Assembly (NCBI GenBank): GCA_035762345.1
Contig: DASTPE010000048.1
Coordinates: 41,948 to 105,947 of the forward strand
From: Burkholderiales bacterium
GTDB taxonomy: Bacteria; Pseudomonadota; Gammaproteobacteria; Burkholderiales; SG8-39
Length of the DNA: 64,000 bases
Direction: 5' to 3'
Made by a program: the position numbers and the translations under genes. Of this stretch, positions 57,915 to 64,000 are shown one piece after another. The notes beneath the pieces were generated by a model. That model searched no databases, was not told the DNA's origin, and saw nothing but the letters and a program-made list of their open reading frames with translations. The stretch's first letter is position 1. Each line of letters begins with the position of its first letter.

Positions 57915-59369
57915 GTGGATCTCTCGCACTGGATCGAGCGACACGCGCGCTTCTCGCCGCGTGCGGTCGCGGTCCGCTTCGAGGGAAGCGACATCTCCTA
58001 TGCGGACCTGGCGAACCGTATCCGGCGGGCGGCCGCACTGCTGGCGTCACGCGGGGTGCGGCGGAACGACGCGGTGGCGTTTCTCGGCCTCAACCACCCG
58101 TGCGCGCTCGTCCTCCTTTTCGCCTGCGCGCGCCTTGGCGCGATGTTCCTGCCGCTCAACTGGCGCCTCGCGCCGCCTGAGACCGCACGAGTACTCACCG
58201 ATTGTCCGCCGCGGGTGCTTTTCGTCGAGCCCGCGTTTGCCGGCGTGGTACTTGACGGACTGCGCATTGAAGCGCTGGAGGAGAACGCGGGTGCTGAGCC
58301 CGCCCCAATCGGAAGCGAGGAGATGCCGGTGCTCCTCTGCTACACCTCGGGCTCGACCGGCGCGCCCAAGGGCGTCGTGCTCTCGCAGGGCGCGCTCGCC
58401 TGGAATGCGGTCAACAGCACGCACATGCACGACCTCACGAGCGGCGATCGCGTGCTGACTACGCTGCCGCTGTTCCACGTCGGCGGGCTAAACATTCTCA
58501 CTACGCCCGCGCTTCATGCCGGCGCGAGCATCGTCTTGCATCCGCGCTTCGACCCGCAAGCGACGCTTCACACCATCGAGCGCGAGCGCATCACGCTCAC
58601 GGTGCTGGTGCCGGCGCAGTTGGACGCGATGATGGAGCTGCCGGCATGGAAGAAGGCCGACCTCTCCAGCCTGCGCATGATCACCACCGGCTCGACGATT
58701 GTGCCGGGGGAGTTCGTGCGCAAAGTCTCGGCGCGCGGGGTTCCCGTGGTGCAGGTGTACGGCTCGACGGAAACGTGCCCGATCGCCGCTTACGTTCGCG
58801 CGCCCGATGCGCTGCGCAAGGCCGGCTCGGCCGGTGCGGCCGCGCTCCATTGCGAGCTGCGCGTGGTCGGAGAAGACGGCAGCTCGCTGCCGCCAGGGCG
58901 CGACGGCGAGATTCTGGTGCGCGGTCCAAATATCGCGAGCTCGTATTGGCACATGCCGGAGGAGACCGCGCGCGCCTTCGCCGGCGGTTGGTATCACTCC
59001 GGCGATGTCGGCCACCTCGACGAGGAAGACCATCTCTACGTCGTGGCGCGCATGAAGGATCTCATCATCTCCGGCGGGGAAAACATCTATCCGGCCGAAG
59101 TCGAAAGCGTGCTGCTCGAATCGCCCGCTGTGGAGGACGCCTGCGTCGTCGGCCGGCCCGACCAACGCTGGGGCGAAGTCGTCGCCGCCGCGATCGTGCT
59201 CAAGTCCGGCTGCCGCATGACCGAAGCTGAAGCGCTTGCGCTGTTCCAGGGGCGCATCGCACGCTACAAGCACCCGCGCGAAGTACGCTTCCTCGAGCGG
59301 CTGCCGCGCAGCGCGCTCGGCAAGGTGCAGCGCGAAGCAGTGCGCGCCGAAATCATGAGGGTCGCATGA
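57915..59369 (+). CDS. AMP-dependent acyl-CoA synthetase/ligase
   Basis: The AMP-binding motif reads LCYTSGSTGAPKGVVLS. YGSTET, GWYHSGD, ISGGENIYPAEVE and a terminal ...LGKVQR are present. Confidence 0.9.
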   Translation: MDLSHWIERHARFSPRAVAVRFEGSDISYADLANRIRRAAALLASRGVRRNDAVAFLGLNHPCALVLLFACARLGAMFLPLNWRLAPPETARVLTDCPPRVLFVEPAFAGVVLDGLRIEALEENAGAEPAPIGSEEMPVLLCYTSGSTGAPKGVVLSQGALAWNAVNSTHMHDLTSGDRVLTTLPLFHVGGLNILTTPALHAGASIVLHPRFDPQATLHTIERERITLTVLVPAQLDAMMELPAWKKADLSSLRMITTGSTIVPGEFVRKVSARGVPVVQVYGSTETCPIAAYVRAPDALRKAGSAGAAALHCELRVVGEDGSSLPPGRDGEILVRGPNIASSYWHMPEETARAFAGGWYHSGDVGHLDEEDHLYVVARMKDLIISGGENIYPAEVESVLLESPAVEDACVVGRPDQRWGEVVAAAIVLKSGCRMTEAEALALFQGRIARYKHPREVRFLERLPRSALGKVQREAVRAEIMRVA

Positions 59370-59791
59370 AGGCGAACAAGATCGATCATATTTGCATCGC
59401 GGTCCGCAATCTCGAGGCGGCGCGCAAGATCTGGGAGCCGATCCTCGGCAAGGACAAGCCCGACGACGCTTACATCGACGAGCCGGAGAAGATCAGGGTG
59501 GCGCGTTACTGGCTGGGCGGCGTCGGTTTCGAGCTGATGGAGTCGCTGACGCCGAACGGCGACGTCGCGAAGTTCATCGAGAAGCGCGGCGAGGGCGTAA
59601 TGATCATCTCGCTCAACGTCGACAACACGCGCGCCGCGATGGACGAGCTGAAGAGCAAGGGCTACCCGCTCATCGGCGGCCCGCGCAGGTTCCGCGACTG
59701 CGAGTTCGGCTTCGTGCACCCGAAGGCGGTGAACGGCGTGCTGCTGGAAGTCATCGACTACAAGTGGCATGAACTTCGAACCCAGCGCTGA
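59366..59791 (+). CDS. Methylmalonyl-CoA epimerase-like VOC (glyoxalase-fold) protein
   Basis: The sequence reads KIDHICIAVRNLEAARKIW...FELMESL...FIEKRGEGVMIISLNV...GFVHPKAVNGVLLEVI. Length (141 aa) and pattern fit MCE. Confidence 0.8.
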   Translation: MKANKIDHICIAVRNLEAARKIWEPILGKDKPDDAYIDEPEKIRVARYWLGGVGFELMESLTPNGDVAKFIEKRGEGVMIISLNVDNTRAAMDELKSKGYPLIGGPRRFRDCEFGFVHPKAVNGVLLEVIDYKWHELRTQR

Positions 59792-60902
59792 GCAGAAGCA
59801 GGTCCGCGACACGTTCGCGCGCTTCAGCGACGAGCGCGTCGCGCCGCGCGCCGCGGCGCTCGACGAGGCGCACGCCTTCCCGCGCGAGCTGTTCGGAGAG
59901 CTGGCGGCCATGGGCCTTTTCGGCATGCGCTATCCGGAGGCGGTCGGTGGCAGCGGCATGCAGCTCTCCGAGTTCTGCGTCGCGCTGGAGGAGATCGCTC
60001 GCGGCTCGATGTCGCTCGCCGGCTGCGCCGCGATGCAGTCGCTCATGGGCACCAAGTTCCTGCACATGCTCGGCAATGCGGACGTCCTGGAGCGGCTGTT
60101 CAGGCCCGCGCTGCGCGGCGAGAAGATCGGCGCCATCTGCATGACCGAGCCGAACGCCGGCAGTGACCTCGACTCGATCGCCACGCGCGCGCGCAAGGTT
60201 CAGGGCGGCTACCAGCTCGACGGGCAGAAGACCTGGGTCACCTCTGCACCGGTGGCCGATTTCTTTACCGTGTTTGCCAAGGCGGGCGAGGAGAGGAAGC
60301 TCACCATCTTCCTCGTCGAACGCGGCTTCAAGGGCCTGAGGATCGGGCGCGCGATCGAGAAGATGGGCGTTTGGGCGCTGCCGACCTCCGAGCTCGCGTT
60401 CGAGGGCTGCTTCGTGCCCGACGGCCATCGCCTGTCGAAGGAAGAAGGCGACGGCGAGGTGCACCTACGCAAGACGCTGGCCGAGATCCGCATCATCACG
60501 GGTGCGATGGCGGTCGGCCAGGCGCGCGCCGCGCTCGACGCCGCACTGCGCTATTCGGCCGAGCGCAAGCAGTTCGGCAAGCCGATCAATCGCTACCAGG
60601 CGATCCAGCACAAGCTCGCCGAGATGGCGACCGAGCTCGACGCGGCGGCGCAGCTCGTCTACCGCGCGGCCTGGCTGCACGATGTCGAGAAAGCGCACCA
60701 CAAGGAAGCGGCGATGGCGAAGCTCTTCGCAAGCGAAATGGCGGCGCGCGTCGCCGACCAAGCCGCGCGCGTCTTCGCCTCCTACGGCTACGCCATGGAA
60801 TACCCGGTGCAGCGCTATCTGCGCGACGTGCGCTTCACCCTTATCGGCGGCGGCACCAGCGAGATCCTCAAGCTGGTGATCGCGAAGGAGTTGTCTGCAT
60901 GA
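59769..60902 (+). CDS. Acyl-CoA dehydrogenase
   Basis: Canonical ACAD blocks are present: GAICMTEPNAGSDL, KTWVTSAP, QFGKPINRYQAIQHKLAEMA and YPVQRYLRDVRFTLIGGGTSEI. Confidence 0.9.
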   Translation: MNFEPSAEQKQVRDTFARFSDERVAPRAAALDEAHAFPRELFGELAAMGLFGMRYPEAVGGSGMQLSEFCVALEEIARGSMSLAGCAAMQSLMGTKFLHMLGNADVLERLFRPALRGEKIGAICMTEPNAGSDLDSIATRARKVQGGYQLDGQKTWVTSAPVADFFTVFAKAGEERKLTIFLVERGFKGLRIGRAIEKMGVWALPTSELAFEGCFVPDGHRLSKEEGDGEVHLRKTLAEIRIITGAMAVGQARAALDAALRYSAERKQFGKPINRYQAIQHKLAEMATELDAAAQLVYRAAWLHDVEKAHHKEAAMAKLFASEMAARVADQAARVFASYGYAMEYPVQRYLRDVRFTLIGGGTSEILKLVIAKELSA

Positions 60903-61288
60903 ACCCGGTCAAGGTTGTCCTCGCCAAGCCCGGCCTCGACGGCCATGATCAGGGTGCGAAGGTCGTGGCGCGCGCCCTGATGGACGCCGGCTTCGAAGTC
61001 ATTTACACGGGACTGCGCCAGACGCCGGAGGCGATCGCGCGCATCTCGCAAGACGAGGATCCGGACGTGATCGCGCTTTCCTCGATGGCGGGCTCGCACG
61101 TGCCGATCTGCCGCAAGCTCAAGCCGCTGCTCGAGCAGGCGGGCCTCTCCGACAAGCTCTGGATCATCGGCGGCAACCTGCCCGAGCGCGACCACGCCGA
61201 GCTGCGCTCGCTCGGGTTCAAGGGCATCTTCCCGTCGAGCTCGCGGCTCGACGACATCGTCAACTTCATTCGCGCGAACGCCTCATGA
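60899..61288 (+). CDS. Cobalamin-binding small subunit of a split methylmalonyl-CoA-mutase-family enzyme
   Basis: 129 aa with MNPVKVVLAKPGLDGHDQGAKVVARAL (the DxHxxG base-off/His-on motif) and ALSSMAGSH. The ATG overlaps the ACAD TGA. Confidence 0.9.
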   Translation: MNPVKVVLAKPGLDGHDQGAKVVARALMDAGFEVIYTGLRQTPEAIARISQDEDPDVIALSSMAGSHVPICRKLKPLLEQAGLSDKLWIIGGNLPERDHAELRSLGFKGIFPSSSRLDDIVNFIRANAS

Positions 61289-62913
61289 AACAGGACCTGC
61301 CGAAGGAAATGCGCCCTGCCGTTGCACTACGCCCCGTGGTCAACGAGTCGGGCATCGAGATCAAGCCGGTCTACGCCGCGGCCGATGTCGTGGCGAGCGG
61401 CGGCGACGCCATGATCGGGCTGCCGGGCGAGTATCCGTTCACCCGCGGCATCCACCCGTACATGTACCGCAAGCAGCCGTTCACTATGCGGCAGTACACG
61501 GGCTTCGGCAACGCCGCCGACACGAACAAGCGCTTCCACTACCTGATCGCCAACGGCCAGACCGGCCTCAACGTCGCTTTCGACCTGCCGACGCAGTGCG
61601 GGCTGGACTCCGACGATCCGCTCGCCGAAGGCGAGGTCGGCCGCGTCGGGATGGCGGTCGATACGCTGAAGGACTTCGAGATCGCCTTCGACGGCGTGGA
61701 TCTCGAGCGCATCACCGTGTCGCTCACCGTCAACGGCGCCGCGGCGATCCTCATCGCCATGTACCTCGCGATGGCGCAGAAGCGCGGCTACGATGTCTCC
61801 AAGCTGCGCGGCACGGCGCAGAACGACATCCTGAAGGAGTTCATCGGCCGCGGCACGTGGGTGTACCCGGTCGAGCCGTCGATCCGCCTGGTCGGCGACA
61901 CCATCGAGTACTGCGCCAAATACGCACCGAAGTACAGCCCGGTATCGGTGTGCGGCTACCACATCCGCGAATCGGGCGCCGATCCGGCCCAGGAGATGGC
62001 GTACGCGTTCGCGATCGCCAAGGCCTATGCCGACGAGGTGATCCGGCGGGGGCTTCCGGTCGACGAATTCGCCGGCCGCCTCTCGTACAACTTCAACTGC
62101 TTCGGCGGCATCTTCGAGCAGGTGGCGAAGTTTCGCGCCGCCCGCAGCCTTTGGGCGAAGATCATGAAGGAGCAGTACGGCGCCAAGAAGCCGGGCTCGA
62201 TGTGGGTGCGCATGATCGCCGGCGGCGGCGGCGGCGGCCTAACCTTCGAACAGCCCGAGCTCAACATCGTGCGCGGCGCCTACTACGCGCTCATTTGCGC
62301 GCTCGCCGGCACGCAGACCATGGCGCTTTGCTGTTACGACGAGGCCTACACCATCCCGTCCGAATACGCGCAGCGCATTTCGCTGCGCACGATGCAGATG
62401 CTGATCGAGGAGATGGGGCTTTCCGACACGGTCGATCCTCTCGGCGGCTCCTACTACATCGAAACGCTCACCAACCAGATGCGCAGCCGCATGGAAGCCA
62501 TCATGGCCGAGGTCGACGCGCAGGGCGGCATCGTCAAGCTCGTGGCCGACGGCGTGATCCAGGCGAAGGTGTCGGCGCAGGCCTATCGCCGGCAGCGCGA
62601 CATCGAGGAGGGCCGCTTCCGCAAGGTCGGCGTCAACTGCTACCGCACCGAAGACAAGACGCCGGAAATGGAATTCCATCCCTATAAGGAAGAGGACGGG
62701 CGAGCTCAGTGCCAGGCGCTCGCCCGCATCCGCGCCGAGCGCGATGCCGAGAAGGTGCGTGCGACGCTCGCCCGCGTGGAAGCCGATGCGCGCTCGGGCG
62801 TCAACCTGATGCCCGCGATCATGGAAGCGGTCAAGGCGTACGCGAGCGTGGGCGAAATCACCAAGGTGCTGGTCGGCGTCTTCGGCCGCTACCGCGAACC
62901 CGTGAGGTTTTAG
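61285..62913 (+). CDS. Methylmalonyl-CoA-mutase-family large (substrate-binding TIM barrel) subunit
   Basis: 542 aa with GEYPFTRGIHPYMYRKQPFTMRQYTGFG, GLNVAFDLPTQCGLDSD, GTAQNDILKEFIGRGTWVYP and SVCGYHIRESGA. Confidence 0.9.
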   Translation: MKQDLPKEMRPAVALRPVVNESGIEIKPVYAAADVVASGGDAMIGLPGEYPFTRGIHPYMYRKQPFTMRQYTGFGNAADTNKRFHYLIANGQTGLNVAFDLPTQCGLDSDDPLAEGEVGRVGMAVDTLKDFEIAFDGVDLERITVSLTVNGAAAILIAMYLAMAQKRGYDVSKLRGTAQNDILKEFIGRGTWVYPVEPSIRLVGDTIEYCAKYAPKYSPVSVCGYHIRESGADPAQEMAYAFAIAKAYADEVIRRGLPVDEFAGRLSYNFNCFGGIFEQVAKFRAARSLWAKIMKEQYGAKKPGSMWVRMIAGGGGGGLTFEQPELNIVRGAYYALICALAGTQTMALCCYDEAYTIPSEYAQRISLRTMQMLIEEMGLSDTVDPLGGSYYIETLTNQMRSRMEAIMAEVDAQGGIVKLVADGVIQAKVSAQAYRRQRDIEEGRFRKVGVNCYRTEDKTPEMEFHPYKEEDGRAQCQALARIRAERDAEKVRATLARVEADARSGVNLMPAIMEAVKAYASVGEITKVLVGVFGRYREPVRF

Positions 62914-63780
62914 ATGAATCCGGTCGAAAGCTATTTCGCGCCGCGCTCGCTCGCCGAGGCGGCGGAGATCCTGCGCGCGGGCAATGTCACCGTGCTCGCC
63001 GGCGGCACCGATCTCATCCCGCAGGCGAACGCCGGCCGCGTCAAATTCGCGCCGGTGCTGATGAACGTGAAACGCGTGCCGGAGCTGCGCGGCATCGGCG
63101 AGGAGAGTGGCGCCGTGCGCATCGGCGCGCTCGTCACGATCACGGAGCTTCGCGAGAGCGCGCTGGTACGGGAGCGTCTCAATCTGCTGTGGCAGGCCTG
63201 CGACCACTTTGCGAGCGACCAGATCCGCAATGCAGCGACGATCGGCGGCAACGTCTGCAATGCCTCGCCGGCCGGCGACACGCTCGTGCCGCTTCTGGCA
63301 CTGGACGCGCGCGTCGTGCTCGCCTCGAAACCCGATGGTGCCGTCACGCTGCGCAAGGTCCCGCTCAGCGCATTCGTCACCGGTCCCGGCGGCACCGTGC
63401 GCAAAGCAACCGAGCTGCTGACGGCGGTCGAAGTGCCGCTGCCGCCGAGGGGCTTCGTCGGCGAGTTCTACAAGCACGGCACGCGTCCCGGGCTCGACAT
63501 CTCCGCGATCGCCATCGCTGCAGGTGCTTGCCTGAAGAGCAGGGTATTGACGAACGTGAGAATCGCCTTCGGTGCTGTCGCCCCGACGCCGATCCGCGCG
63601 CCGCGCACGGAAGCGGTGCTCGAAGGCCGCCAGCCGGACGCGGCGACGCTCGATGCGGCGGCCGATGCGGCGCTCGCCGAAATTCATCCCATCTCGGACG
63701 TGCGCGCCTCGGACTGGTACCGCCGGGAGCTGGTGCGCAACATGTTGAAGAGAGTGATCAGTCATGTCGGCCTACTGTGA
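62914..63780 (+). CDS. FAD-binding medium subunit of a xanthine-dehydrogenase/CO-dehydrogenase-family molybdo-enzyme (CoxM-like)
   Basis: Motifs include LAGGTDLIPQ, IRNAATIGGNVCNASPAGD and a C-terminal ...ISDVRASDWYRRELV. Confidence 0.85.
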   Translation: MNPVESYFAPRSLAEAAEILRAGNVTVLAGGTDLIPQANAGRVKFAPVLMNVKRVPELRGIGEESGAVRIGALVTITELRESALVRERLNLLWQACDHFASDQIRNAATIGGNVCNASPAGDTLVPLLALDARVVLASKPDGAVTLRKVPLSAFVTGPGGTVRKATELLTAVEVPLPPRGFVGEFYKHGTRPGLDISAIAIAAGACLKSRVLTNVRIAFGAVAPTPIRAPRTEAVLEGRQPDAATLDAAADAALAEIHPISDVRASDWYRRELVRNMLKRVISHVGLL

Positions 63781-64000
63781 GATCAAATTCACGCTGAACG
63801 GCGTCAAGCGCCGCCTTGCCGTGCCCGCGAACATGAGCGCGCTCGAGATGCTGCGCGAGCAGCTCGGTCTGCGCGGCACCAAGTACGCCTGCGGCGAGGG
63901 AGAATGCGGCGCCTGCACCATCGTCGTGGACGGAAGGACGCTCAACGCCTGCCTGATGTTTGCCGTCGATTGCGACGGCCGCGAGCTCGTCACGATAGAG
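63765..64000 (+). CDS. [2Fe-2S] small subunit of the same molybdo-enzyme (CoxS-like), 3'-truncated by the window edge
   Basis: The sequence reads FTLNGVKRRLAVPANMSALEMLREQLGLRGTKYACGEGECGACTIVVDGRTLNACL. The plant-type ferredoxin Cys cluster is present. Confidence 0.85.

Overview
High-GC proteobacterial chromosome segment. The synteny looks beta-proteobacterial, and the tmRNA tag reads ANDERFALAA. The core (16.3-50.1 kb) is ordinary housekeeping. On the minus strand it holds solA-like, ssrA, an MDR oxidoreductase, gph, ubiG, and two OmpA-like lipoproteins flanking an mtaD-like gene. A long plus-strand run follows: gyrA-serC-(serA-like)-pheA-hisC-tyrA-aroA-cmk-rpsA-ihfB-lapA-lapB-ugd-hldA-hldD-cysM-exonuclease-rlmD. 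After that come yccA, tRNA-Ser(UGA), a protease-MoxR-DUF58-VWA-VWA operon, lysC and tRNA-Ser(GCU). The left 16 kb is accessory signalling and stress material: ParA, an RR-GGDEF, a degenerate GGDEF-EAL, a LuxR-type RR, a P-type ATPase, OsmC, a CpxP/Spy-like protein, ArsR, a CheY-like RR, HiPIP and an EF-hand protein. It ends in a visibly lower-GC patch (about 11.7-16.3 kb) full of gene debris. That debris includes an EF-hand fragment, a frameshifted histidine-kinase tail, a truncated ABC binding protein and a doubly frameshifted DUF3606. The same patch holds the two most interesting items. One is a promoter-plus-terminator unit with no ORF, a candidate sRNA. The other is a 314-bp tandem duplication carrying paralogous small hydrophobic ORFs behind a conserved leader. 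The right end (50.1-64 kb) starts with a transposase remnant abutting tRNA-Ser(GCU). A GntR-centred divergon follows. Its leftward arm is hydantoinase A/B plus malonyl-CoA decarboxylase. Its rightward arm is thiolase, acyl-CoA ligase, epimerase, acyl-CoA dehydrogenase, a split B12 mutase and CoxM/CoxS-like molybdo-hydroxylase subunits. I cannot assign this combination to a described pathway. No CRISPR array, rRNA or intact mobile element was seen. All calls come from reading translations and motifs by eye; no database search was run.
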